Source: Phyllobates terribilis | Lineage: Eukaryota | Direction: 5' to 3' | Assembly: GCF_046119375.1 (NCBI RefSeq) | Contig: NW_027362772.1 | Location: forward strand, 250,108,001 to 250,172,000 | DNA length: 64,000 nt | Shown here: positions 13,858-25,800 of the stretch, one piece after another | Layout: every line of letters starts with the position of its first letter | Numbering within the stretch: position 1 is the stretch's first letter | The notes under the pieces: model-generated | What the model was told of the DNA's origin: nothing | The model's input: only the letters and a program-made list of their open reading frames with translations | Databases searched by the model: none | Position numbers and translations under genes: made by a program

Positions 13858-15174
13858 CAGGCTCGGACTGGCCCACTGGAGGACAGGAAAATTCTCCGGT
13901 AGGCCGCCCCTGTGAAGGAGTTATAATGAGTAGTGCTATTACACTTGATTCACAATTTGCAAAAAAAGTTATCATCTAATCATTTGACTCGCCCCCTGGT
14001 CCGTGGGGCACTCGGATCCGGGCAGTAGGGGAATGATGGGAGTAGTAGTGGCAACCCGGTTCCGTGGCTCAGGGTGGTCAGGCCAGTGGTAGTCCGTTAT
14101 GCGCTGATGATTATGTCAGACTACGCCACCCGTGGATTGCGGTCATTAGGAACCGCCGCTGCATGCAGACCGCTGGGGCTGATGAGGTATGCAGCTAGGG
14201 TAGTGTGACTCCCCACGGGAAGAGTGCGGCCCCAGGGCAGTATAATGGATGGTGGGAGTGATGGTAGTGAGAGTCCCAGTGCTGATAGTGCTGGAGGAGC
14301 AAAGGAGCACACAGACAACAGGTTGCAGTCCAGGGTCTTTACTAGAACAGGTAAATTGACCCACAAACAGTCCCAGCTAGGAGGGGACCTGGATGTCTGA
14401 GAGCAACGGGGAAATTGGCCCTGGTCAGGGTGAGGGTGTAGGCCTACCGTGCTTTCTGCGCTCCTTCTGGCTATCTCCTCGTTATAGGGTAACAGCCCAC
14501 GTTTCCGAGCTTTCCGTGTATTCTCGCCTGTATGGCCTGCGACGTGGGTTCCTTTCTGCTCCCAGCCTTGTACGGCTTTACTGGTCCCTTCGGTTGTGGC
14601 CGTGCCTCCAGGCTTCTTAGGCCAAGGAATATACAGTCCCTTGCGGACTGGTTATCTGCTGGAGGATGTAGAATCCTCCCAGCCTCAGACACCAAAGTCT
14701 GGTAAAGTAAGTCTTTTATCTGCCAAGACAGGCTCACTTCGCCTCTTGTCTCTGGCTTGTGGCTCTCCTCCTGCCACACTTCCTCTTAGGTGCAACACAA
14801 CTGTCTGTCCCTGCTCTGCTCTGGGACAAGTCTCAGTCCTGAGACAGGTCTTCAAGTTCTCCCTAACCCTGCCCCCAGCACCAGCTTTTATAGGGGCAGC
14901 CAGCTCCCCCTACTGGCCTGAGACAGGAGGCATTGCATGCTAATGTTCCCCTGACTAGAGAACTTCCCCTTGCTCTCAGACACAGCTTTAATTACATTTT
15001 GTGGCATCCAGGCCAGGGTGACACACATTCATTAAACAAGCTAGCCAAGCTAATATTACATGGAAGTAAAAGTAAATTTGTGTACTAGGGTCAGGTTATT
15101 TTTGCATGTAGCTGAACAGTGGGCCCCAAGAATCAATGTTCCTGGTGGGCCTTTGCCAACCCAGTCCGACACTG
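13858..15174. mobile_element. Non-autonomous hAT element (MITE), interrupted by a solo LTR
   Basis: TIRs CAGGCTCGGACTGG / CCAGTCCGACACTG; 8-bp TSD TGCAGGAA at 13850-13857 and 15175-15182. Confidence 0.88.
13985..15025 (-). mobile_element. Solo LTR (1041 bp) of the 4-bp-TSD Gypsy group
   Basis: TG...CA termini (element orientation TGTGTCACCCTGG ... GGACCAGGGGGCGAGTCA); TSD CATT at 13981-13984 and 15026-15029. Confidence 0.88.
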
Positions 15175-17632
15175 TGCAGGAAGCTCCTCAGCGCTCCCTA
15201 ATGGTGGCTGCATGCTGTCATAATATGGTTGTACATCTATACAGGGGATTCCGACTTTAAGAAATTAAGCTTCACCCCAATAAAGTTATATAGCATTAAG
15301 AAATGATTAATCTGAATCATGTATGGTCGGTTTATTATATAGTTAATTATCTAGAAAACGCAACACGAGAAAAGTCGTAAAAATTGGAGGTCGTCCAAGA
15401 CGGATGTCTGTGGCCGTGTTTGTCTGTTCATACAACTTGTACATACAACTTACTTTGGACCTTGAAGCTGACAGTGGGAATTAGTATTTAGCTACTTTTT
15501 TGCTTCACCAATTTGTCTGGTAAGAGCCACAAGAGAAAGCTGACATGTCCCTTTAAAGGGGCGGTGGGCGAAGGCATTTACTGTTTATTTAAATTACACT
15601 CGACCTTAAGAAAATGTTTATGGTTCGGTAGGAAGCAGGAACCACAGTTTAAACTCCTGCCACAGCTCTCTCCTAAATATTAGACCTCGGTTTAGAAAAA
15701 ATACCGTTCCGAAACACACGATGAAAGAACACACGCAGGTACTGACTCAGATATTTCTATGGGGGCCAAAAATAGCAAAGTCAATAATGAGTTTACCATC
15801 ATTATCATTATCGAAAAATTATTTTAAGGAAAGGGTCTACAGAGTAGAATTAATAGGTCTAGCCCCACATTTAGTCATATTTTTAGTTGTATGTTAATAT
15901 AGAATTTCAGGACTTGCCAAGGTCAAACCTCCATGGCTCAAATCCAACCTACCTAGAGACATAAAATGCTGAGACAGGCTCTCATGTTCTGCTTTCTATT
16001 GTGGTGTCCATGATCTGCCTTTTTATAACTATATTCATTAGTATATGGGTATGTGTCCTCTGCAGTCCATCGAAGAGCATAGTCTGTCCCTACTGAAGGG
16101 GACTCTGTTGGCCCAGATGGTCTAGGCACCCGAATCTTGCACCCTCCCAAGGAAGCAGCTCAGGATGTAGCTCGATTCCCGAGTTTATTGACTACACAGT
16201 GAACTTTGGTTGCCAGATGGCACCGTATCATTGTGTTATCTGGGCACTATATGGTGCACCACAAAAAGGGGTCAATAGAACCAATAGGGCACCAATAGGG
16301 GGTCAATAAAAGCCAACAGGGCACCAATAGAGGGTCAATAGAAGTCAACAGGTCACCAGTCAACCTGAGGTCCCCCTCTAGTTAAAGATAGTATGATTGA
16401 AAAAAGTTTAACCAGGGGAGGAGATGTAAATGAAAAGGAAGAGAGTAGGGGGTAAGTCATTGAATTTAGTTTGCCCTATTGACTCTGGGAAAGGTAAAAA
16501 AAAACACTCACCCTAAAGTATGAGCCAATCCACAGTCTGTAGATTGGCCCTTACCTTAGGGTTATTTTTTTCACCTTTCCCATAATGAATAGGAGCAAAT
16601 TATATATGATAAAATAAATCCTCAAACCTTATAGACCAGTAGGGGACTTGGTGACCAAAATATACATCCTCGCAAAGGTGAGATGTTTGACTGTGGTTAT
16701 AAGTTACATTCGGAAAGAAAGCACAAACTTCTGTTTTTTTCCCCCTATTTCTAGCCCTTTCCTAAATGATATCAGATCCTGGAATTGTTGAGTTAAATCA
16801 TAGATGCCATGGCCATGCTGTTCGGTATGTTGTAACATAGTGTGGGTGCTGGTTCTTTAAGCACCTGGGCACCTTGAGTGAATTGACTCACAGCCACCCT
16901 GGAAGGTACAATGGGCCAGGTCGCCCACATGATCCATATGTTCTATCACTTTTTAGGCGATGCATGTAAATATATTTGATGGGGGCTTTGTTCAGGCACA
17001 GCAAGGATTCTGGAAAACAGTACCCTATATTGTGCTCACAGTCAAAGAGCCGTCTTTTTTGCCCCACACAGTAATAATGCCAATCATTGCACGCCTTAAT
17101 ATTGTTCCCTTTGTGCCCACTGGACTGAAAAAATGCCCCCTAGAAAATAATAATGCCCTGTGTGTGCCCTGGAAATAAACATTTCCCCAAACCATGCTGC
17201 ACTCACATTCCCTAGGTCCTCCGCAAGTCTCCGCTGCTGCTCCCAGTGTCTCACATTGGCTGCGGAGCTGATGTCATGTTGCCAGCACGCCAGCCAATCA
17301 GTGAGCTCAGTGGTTCACGCCTTGGCGTTCCATCTACATTGGAATAAACTAACCAGAGCTGCGGAGCTGACTTATTGGCTGTCATGCGGTCAAGGTGACG
17401 TCATCACCACAGCCAATGCCACACAGGAGCAGCGGTGGAGACTCGCCGGTGTACCCGGGGAAGGCGAGTTCAGTGTGGTTTGTTTTTCCAAAACAAAATG
17501 CAGCAAGGGATGAGTTATATTTGAAATGAAACAACTCCTTTAAGTACCCCTTTAAAAAACGTATAATGCCCCTTAACAAGTAACACTGTCACGAGTGCAC
17601 ACTTAACAAATAATAATGCTACCTAACAAATA

Positions 17633-18014
17633 TTAAAGGGTTTGTCCTGTGAAAACAAGTTGTCACTTATCATTTATCACCAATCTGAAGAATTGGGAAC
17701 TTTTATCCTCGTTCGAATGGAGCAGTAGTGCACATGCTCGACCTGCAGTTCATTCATTCCCTATAGAGCTGCCACGAGCTAAGCTCAGGTACTGGTAGCC
17801 CCACATAGAATGAATGGAGTGGCTATCGGTCATTCAATGTATTTCTTCATTTTGTAAAGGGGATAAAAATTCCTTTTCGGGAATAAGAGTTTCCCAATCT
17901 GTTGATCAATGCAAGCTGTAGTTGTGGGACACCCACCACCGATCAGCAAGTTATCACCTATCTTTAGGATCCTTATGATAGGTGATAACTTGTTTTAATT
18001 GGAAAACCCCTTTA
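17633..18014. mobile_element. TTAA-type (T2/Kolobok-like) MITE
   Basis: TTAAAGGGTTTGTCC ... GGAAAACCCCTTTA ends; subterminal inverted AAAACAAGTTGTCACTTATCAT / ATGATAGGTGATAACTTGTTTT. Confidence 0.7.
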
Positions 18015-18517
18015 TTGTTTATTGATCTATGAGTGTCCCTTTAAATGGAGTATTCTCTAGTAGTCTCTTGAGCAGCTCAGAGATATACAATCTCCTTATA
18101 GTCTCCTTACTTCCTGATTTCTGGCAGGGCGGGCTCTCCTCCTTGAGTGACAGTTCTGGTGAGCAGCAGAGCTGTAGTATTAGTAGAACAATAAAGCTCA
18201 GCACAAGTTCTGCTGTAATACATTCAGCTATCAGTGATTTGTTCTGGAGTCTACATTGTTATCACTGTATTTACATTTAGAGATAACAGGGAATTTTAAC
18301 AAGCACACAGCTCCGGACAGTGAGAGCCATGATTAAGAGACTTTCTCTGGGAGAAGCTGATGCTGCGGCTGATGATTTTGCAAGATTTATAACAGCAGCT
18401 TCTTAGGAGCTGGGAAAGAGGAGGAGTGAAGTGAGCAGCTAACTGTTGTATTGAAATCAATCGGCTGAAGAGAGGTGGCTGGTAGATTAAGAGATTACCC
18501 CTCTCCTGAAATGTAAC

Positions 18518-19530
18518 TGTGGCACCCCAGGAGTCCGGTTGCCACATTGGCATTGCCTCCCTCACAGGGGGTGATGCCATGCCTAGAAGCAAGGAGGGCT
18601 CCCCTTATCAGATAACACCAGCATCCAACACTTTCCTGGCTCCAGACCAGAAGGGGGAGCTCTCCCCCTTGAAATTAGAACCTGGAGGCGGGGTTAGAAA
18701 AGTCAGTTGAAGGGAGTTGGAGACAGGAGAGCGACGAGGAAGAGCCTGGGGAAGGGAGCTGTGATGAAGCTCGCCCCAGAGGAAAAAGCAAAGAATCAGA
18801 CACTGGAGTCCGTGGTTGTGCGGACACTGAAGGCCCGGCAGCTAAATCCGGAGGGCAGGAGACTGCAGGTCTCCTGGCCCCACCAGATGACCGGCGGCTC
18901 AGCAGCATCCTAGGTCCCAGCGCCGCCACAAAGGAGTGACCCCTGAAGAAGGCTCGAGCTTCCTGCCATACGGGTAAGGAATAGACGTTTTGCTCAGGAA
19001 CCAGGGCCGGAGCATAGCTTTAAGCAGCAGGGCCAAAGAGGATAGCGCAGAGGGAAGGCCTACAAATCCACCTGGCGAGGTGGATCCCCAAACTGCTTCT
19101 AGGCCACCAGGATCTCCACCACCAGCTAGTAACAGTGCCCCGGTCTGCTCTGACAAACCACAAGTAAAGGTACAGGAAACCGCCATTAATTTGTTGACTG
19201 GTTATTATCTGCGCCCTCAGCCCTGCACTACACCGCACCAAAAATATCTACCTCCACAATTCATCATGTACTGCCCTGGAGCTTAACCCTGCCTGTGGAG
19301 AGCTGAACCAACTCTGCTGCGTCACCATCAGCTCCAGTAGATCTGCACCGCGGCGGCGGCCCCATATAGCCACATACCATGGGTGGCGTCATGAATATAT
19401 TCCCCAAAATTGACTTTCCCTTTTTTTTACTTGACCGCCCGGGGCCACGGATCGGGTCACTGCTACCGTGACCACCCCGAAAAGGACTGGCCCGGCTACC
19501 TAGTACCCCACGGCCCCAGGGGGCATGTCA
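18518..19530 (+). mobile_element. Solo LTR (1013 bp) of the 4-bp-TSD Gypsy group
   Basis: TGTGGCACCCCAGG ... GGCCCCAGGGGGCATGTCA; TSD TAAC at 18514-18517 and 19531-19534. Confidence 0.9.
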
Positions 19531-20670
19531 TAACGGGGTCTAAGCAGGCACTAGTGTAAAAAAGCTGTACACAATGTAAGATAAAAGCAGGATAATGATA
19601 GCAGATAAAAAAAGCAAGTCAATTGTAAACTTGCTTATTTTCATGCTGTGTAATTAAACCAATTCTATGCAGTTATTGCCCAAGCGAAAGTGAAGCAATG
19701 CAGTAAAGCCACTGGACGCGGATGTCCGGTGCATGACTTCACTTCTTGCATACAGCAACTTTCAATACAGAGAGTGGTATGGCCATGCTTATTGTTCCCT
19801 CCTTTACTGTAGGTTTTAACTGTATTAACGCCATGCTGCATGCTAATATCGATTAAACATGGCAGGCACACAGAATGCCCAGAGGGATTCATATGAGGAC
19901 AGGGGTCACATCCCCCCTGCTCCTCTAGCTTAGTATGCTACTGGTCCTTCCTTTATATTTCCTACTGGTTTATCTTTTTAATCCAATAACAAAAAAAACT
20001 ATACGAAAAACTTCTAAAAAAAATGTGTATGAAATCAGTGATACATAAATATTACAATGACTTGTGTGAAGAGACTCTGCTACATCTGTGCATATATCCG
20101 TACGTCAGCTCTCTGCAATGTATATCACTCCCTGAAATGTTAGCGTCCACTTGGGAATAAAAATGATATAAACTGACCTTATAAACAGAGGATTTTTCCT
20201 TTTAATGAGAAGGTGTCACCTCTAACTATATAGGCAGGAGAAGTGCTGTACACACTCGGCTTCCCTGGCAGGGAATTTAATAGGATGAGTATAATTTTAA
20301 TAGCTTTGGCAAAGTGACTGTATTCCGGCATGACAAATAAACTTAATAGACTAAATTGCATACCTGGAAGTTCGACAAGTTTAGTAGAATTTAAGGACAC
20401 AGAAAACACAGGAATTCACGAACATGTTATAAATGACAGAACGTAGCAACACGGAGCACATTCATATATACAATGCATAAATACATTGAGTTTCACATTC
20501 CTGTAAAAATTGTCAAATGATAACATTACAAGCCCGAGCGGAGATTATTCTCAATGGTTATTAGCACTTTTTTCTTAACATTTGTATATTATTGCAGCAT
20601 CACTTTTATTACATACTTAAAGGAACACTCCAGGCAAAAGAGGACACGAGAGGGGGGCGAGCATGCATAG

Positions 20671-21860
20671 TGTAGCGTCGGCGTCCCTGCCTCCTGCTAG
20701 GCAGGGACGCTGTTCCCCTCACCTCTCTGCTCCGTGCCCGGCGGCTTCCTCCCGCTCTGCTTGCAGCGCCCGCTCTCCCCCGGTCACTGTGCTTAGGGCG
20801 CGCGCGCGCGCTCCCCCTCTCTTAAAGGGGCCGCGCGCGTCGCCCTAAGGAGTCCCCGGCAAATGGCTGGAGGATCCCTCCATATATAAGGCACCTCCTC
20901 CAAAATGGAGGTGCCCGAGCAATGTTGTTGCACTGTTCACTACTCTGCTTCAGCCCTCAGGTCCTGTTTCCAGTTACCTGCCAGTTACCTGCCAGTTTCC
21001 TGCCAGTTTCCTGCCAGTTTGCTGTCTGATTCCTGCCTGTTATCCGCTTACCCGTTTGCTAGCCTGAGGTCCGACGGTCTGCCTTCCGACTCCTGTCAGT
21101 CTGTCTATGGACCAGCTTGCCCGCTCACCTGGGAGCGCTCATCTGCTACCTGCCTGTTAGCCTACCTGGAGGCTCCGCCGTCACGTGCTGTGACCACCTG
21201 CCAGCCCAGAGACTCTTGCCCGCTCACCTGGGAGCGCTCATCTGCTACCTGCCTGTTAGCCTACCTAGAGGCTCCGCCGTCACGTGCTGTGACCACCTGC
21301 CAGTCCAGAGACTCTTGCCCGCTCACCTGGGAGCGCTCATCTGCTACCTGCCTGTTAGCCTACCTGGAGGCTCCGCCGTCACGTGCCGTGACCACCTGTC
21401 AGTCCAGAGACTCTTGCCCGCTCACCTGGGAGCGCTCATCTGCTACCTGCCTGTTAGCCTACCTGGAGGCTCCGCCGTCACATGCTGTGACCACCTGCTT
21501 ATCCAGAGACTCTCGCCTGCTCACCTGGAGCACTCATCTACCATCTGCCTGCTAGCCTACCTGGAGGCTCAGCCGTCACAGGTCGTACCTGCCCGTTTAC
21601 CCAGAGACTGTCCCGGTCACTTGCTGTGACCTCCTGCCCGTTTACCCAGAGACTGTCCCGGTCACTTGCTGTGACCTCCTGCCCGTTTACCCAGAGACTG
21701 TCCCGGTCACTTGCCATGACCTCCTGCCCGTTTACCCAGAGACTGTCCCGGTCACCTGCTGTGACTGCCTGCCTGTCTTCCCTGGTCGCCACCTGCTTCC
21801 TTACAAGGACCGCCCCCTTGTATAAGTTGCTCAGAGGTTCCGCCTCCCAGACCCGTTACA
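20671..21860 (+). repeat. 5' LTR (1190 bp) containing 99-bp x4 and 45-bp x4 tandem units
   Basis: 99-bp units start at 21119, 21218, 21317 and 21416; 45-bp units span about 21588-21765. Near-identical to the 3' LTR. Confidence 0.95.
20883..20922 (+). promoter_or_regulatory. LTR TATA box and predicted transcript 5' end (self-primer GCCCGAGCAA)
   Basis: TATATAA at 20883; GCCCGAGCAA at 20913-20922 is the exact reverse complement of 21863-21872 just after the LTR. Confidence 0.75.
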
Positions 21861-21873
21861 GTTTGCTCGGGCC

Positions 21874-22824
21874 ATGGAACCCGGTGGCACCCAAGCTCCC
21901 TCGCTCTCGGACCTTTGTCATGAACTGTCCCGACAGAGGTCCCAACAGGAGTCCATCCTGGGTCACCTGCGGAATGTCAATACTCGCCTGGACACTTTGA
22001 CTGCCCCACCAGCAACCACCGCTAGTGTCATGACTCGCAGCCCAGCTGCTCCGCTGCCCACCAATACCATAGTATCCTGCTCTGGAATCCGGCTTTCTGC
22101 ACCTCCTCGCTTCGGAGGCGACTCCGCTCAAGCTCGGGGCTTCATTAACCAGTGCACCCTGCACTTTGAACACCAGTCCCACCAGTTTAATTCCGACCGG
22201 GCCAAAGTAGCCTTCATCATGTCCCATCTCATGGGAGAGGCACTGGCTTGGCTAAATCCTCTATGGGAGAGAGGAGACCCTCTGGTGTCCGACCTGCCAG
22301 CCTTTCTCACGGCTTTCCGGAAGGTCTTCGACGAACCCGGACGGAAGACCTCATCCGCCTCATCTCTGCTACGCCTCCGTCAAGGGAGTCTCACCGTGGG
22401 CCAATATGCCATACGGTTCCGTACCCTTGCTTCGGAGCTGGCCTGGGATAAAGACGCCCTGGTGTCCGTCTTCTGGGAGGGTCTGTCCGGCCGTATTAAA
22501 GATGAACTCGCCGGTCGGGACATTCCTACCACTCTCGACGACTTGATTACACTTGCCACCCGGATTGACATCCGGTTCCAGGAGCGCGCTAGGGAGGTCA
22601 CCCGTGAGAGGAGGATTCCACGTCTAGTCCCTACCTTCCAGAGACCCGTCACTCCCTCTGTTACTCCCCAGGCACACTCACCTGAGCCTATGCAGGTCGA
22701 CCAGACCAAGATGGTCAAGACCCGTCAAGACTTACGTCGTGCCGAGGGGAGCTGTTTCTACTGTGGCAGTAAGGAGCACCGGATCCGTTCCTGCCCTGAG
22801 AGGTCGGGAAACGCCTGTGTCTAG
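21874..22824 (+). CDS. gag: Gag (capsid + CCHC zinc knuckle) of the chromovirus
   Basis: 316 aa. Sushi-type capsid PPRFGGD...FINQCTLHF...KVAFIMSHL; knuckle CFYCGSKEHRIRSC. Confidence 0.95.
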   Translation: MEPGGTQAPSLSDLCHELSRQRSQQESILGHLRNVNTRLDTLTAPPATTASVMTRSPAAPLPTNTIVSCSGIRLSAPPRFGGDSAQARGFINQCTLHFEHQSHQFNSDRAKVAFIMSHLMGEALAWLNPLWERGDPLVSDLPAFLTAFRKVFDEPGRKTSSASSLLRLRQGSLTVGQYAIRFRTLASELAWDKDALVSVFWEGLSGRIKDELAGRDIPTTLDDLITLATRIDIRFQERAREVTRERRIPRLVPTFQRPVTPSVTPQAHSPEPMQVDQTKMVKTRQDLRRAEGSCFYCGSKEHRIRSCPERSGNACV

Positions 22825-22866
22825 GATCGCTCAGAGAGGTCGCCCTAGACAAAAGTAAACCCTCTC
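22806..22866 (+). promoter_or_regulatory. -1 ribosomal frameshift signal (GGGAAAC + predicted H-type pseudoknot)
   Basis: G GGA AAC at 22806-22812. Stem 1 GTCTAGG 22819-22825 / CCTAGAC 22844-22850; loop GAGAGG pairs with CCTCTC 22861-22866. The -1 frame is open into pol. Confidence 0.85.
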
Positions 22867-22874
22867 CATCCCTG

Positions 22875-25800
22875 ATGCTGTCTGTTTCTATCTTCTGCGG
22901 AGAGAACCGCTATTTTGAACTGGCTCAACTTGACTCTGGAGCTGCTGGAAATCTCATCTCTCAATCCCTGGTAGAAAAATACCACATTCCCACCAAACCT
23001 CTGGCCGTACCTTTATCTGTCGCCGCCGTGGATGGGGGCCTCTTACCACATCCCATCCAACTCATCACCGAATCTCTGACTCTACAGGTGGGAATGCTGC
23101 ATTCTGAGAGCATCTCCTTTCATGTTCTGCCTGGACTCTCTCACGCACTATTGCTTGGCCTGCCTTGGCTCCAGAAACATGCACCCGTGCTTGACTGGCA
23201 GACCGGAGAGGTCCTTCGCTGGGGACAGGACTGCCATAAGATTTGTCTAGTTCCCGTTCGTCCTGCCCGTCCTTCTCCTACCCCAGCCAATCTGCCCGGT
23301 CTTCCGGTTCCCTATTGGTCTTATGCGGATGTCTTCAATAAAAAAGAGGCAGAGACTTTACCTCCTCATAGACCATACGACTGCCCAATCGACCTGATGC
23401 CCGGCTCTACTCCTCCCCGTGGGCGAATCTACCCTTTGTCCACTGCTGAAACCCGGTCCATGTCTGAATATATTGAGGAGAACCTGGCCCGGGGATTTAT
23501 CCGGAAATCTACCTCCCCGGCGGGAGCAGGCTTCTTCTTTGTCAAAAAGAAGGACGGCTCACTCCGTCCATGTATAGACTATAGAGGCCTAAACCAGATT
23601 ACTGTGAAGAATAAATCCCCCCTTCCGCTTATTCCTGAATTATTTGACCGTCTGAGGGGGGCTAGAATCTTCACCAAACTGGATCTCCGTGGGGCGTATA
23701 ACCTGGTCCGTATCCGTCAGGGGGATGAGTGGAAGACGGCATTCAATACCCGGGACGGCCACTATGAGTACCTTGTGATGCCCTTCGGTCTCTGTAACAC
23801 TCCTGCCGTCTTTCAAGAGTTGGTCAATGACATCTTCCGTGATCTTCTCTACTCCTGCGTGGTGGTGTACCTGGAAGATATCTTGGTCTTCTCTCCGGAT
23901 CTTCCTACTCACCGGAGGGACGTTCGTCAGGTCCTGCTCAGGCTCAGGCAGAACCACCTCTACGCTAAATATGAGAAGTGCATCTTTGAGCACACCTCTC
24001 TTCCATTTCTGTGCTACATAATCTCTCAGACAGGTCTACAAATGGATCCTGAGAAACTGTCTGCCATCCAGAAGTGGCCCCGACCAAAGGGGTTGAAGGC
24101 TATTCAGCGGTTCCTGGGCTTCGCCAACTATTACCGCCTGTTCATACCGCACTTCTCTTCCCGGACCGCCCCTATCTCTGCTCTCACCCGTAAAGGTACG
24201 AACCCCAGAGAATGGCCGCCCGAAGCAGAGGAGGCATTTCTTTCCTTAAAACAGGCCTTCCTCTCCGCCTCGGTGCTGCATCGTCCGGACGGCAACAAAC
24301 AATTCTTCCTAGAAGTTGACGCCTCCTCCTCCGGAGCTGGGGCGGTACTTACCCAAAAATCTTCTTCCGGAAGAAAGGTAACCTGCGGCTTTTTCTCCAA
24401 ACTTTTCTCCTCTTCTGAGCGCAATTATTCTATAGGAGACCGAGAATTGTTGGCCATTAAGATGGCACTGGAGGAGTGGCGTTACCTGCTCGAGGGGGCT
24501 CTCCACCCGGTAATAATTTACACTGATCACAAGAACTTGGCATATCTCCAGAGCGCCCAGAGACTTAACCCGCGCCAAGCCCGGTGGTCTTTGTTTTTTG
24601 CCCGCTTTGATTTCATTCTTCATTTTCGTCCGGCTGACAAAAAGATCAAAGCTGACGCCCTGTCCCAATCCTTTCTGGTGTCTGATCTTGAGGAGGAGCC
24701 TAAACACATCATCGATCCCGCCAGAGTAATGCAGGTAGCCCCCGTGGGCCTAAATCGTCTCCCTCCCGGTAAGACGTTCGTAACAGAGTCCGATCGGGAG
24801 AAGATTCTACACTGGGGTCACTCGTCTAAGCTAGCTGGGCATGCCGGTCAGAAAAAGACCCTCCAGCTTATTACCCGGCACTACTGGTGGCCTACCCTGC
24901 ACAAGGATGTAATTGACTTTGTTTCTGCCTGTGTGTCCTGCGCCCGCAACAAAGTTCCGAGACACCTGCCTGCCGGCCGCCTTCTTCCTCTGCCTGTGCC
25001 TGCTGCCCCGTGGCAACATATAGCTATGGACTTCATAACAGATCTCCCTGTCTCTGCCGGTTGTACGGTCATTTGGGTGGTCGCTGACCGCTTTTCCAAA
25101 ATGGCTCATTTTATTCCCCTGCCAGGCCTCCCGTCTGCTCCCGAGCTAGCTAAAGACTTTATCCGCCACATCTTCCGTCTCCATGGTCTGCCTCTCCACA
25201 TCGTGTCGGATCGTGGGGTTCAGTTCACCTCACGCTTCTGGAGAGCCACATGTAAACTGCTCGACGTCACCTTGGACTTCTCCTCCGCTTACCACCCACA
25301 GTCCAATGGTCAAGTGGAGCGGATCAATCAGAATTTGACCAGTTACCTCCGGCACTTCGTTAATGCCCACCATTCAGACTGGGTGGATCTCCTACCATGG
25401 GCCGAGTTCTCTTACAACAATCACGAGAGCGAATCTTCTTCTAAATCCCCGTTTTTTGTAGTCTTCGGTCAGCATCCTCGGATCCCTTTTCCTGTCTCCA
25501 CCTCTGTGGACAACCCGGCCGCGGAATCTCTCGTTAGCAAATTTTCCTCCATTTGGGAGAGTACCCGTTCCGCACTCCTTCAGTCGTCCGAGCGGATGAA
25601 GAGACACGCCGACAAAAAACGCCTGGATTCCCCACAATTTCGTCCCGGAGATAAAGTCTGGCTCTCATCCAAATATGTCCGGCTCAAGATTCCTTCCTAT
25701 AAGTTAGGGCCTCGGTTCATCGGCCCACTGGAGGTTATCAAACAGATCAACCCGGTGGCCTATAAATTGAAACTCCTGGCCAACTTACGGATCCCTAACT

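Noticed and set aside
20905-21629. LTR-internal ORFs (also 26307-27124, 28776-29504, 32553-33170, 36694-37080 and duplicates)
   Set aside because: Open frames arise from GC-rich LTR sequence and 99-bp repeats, with no recognisable domains.
21119-21765. Regular repeats resembling a CRISPR array (also 27936-28108, 49000-49320, 50860-51900)
   Set aside because: Head-to-tail tandem units without unique spacers, no cas genes, eukaryotic TE context.
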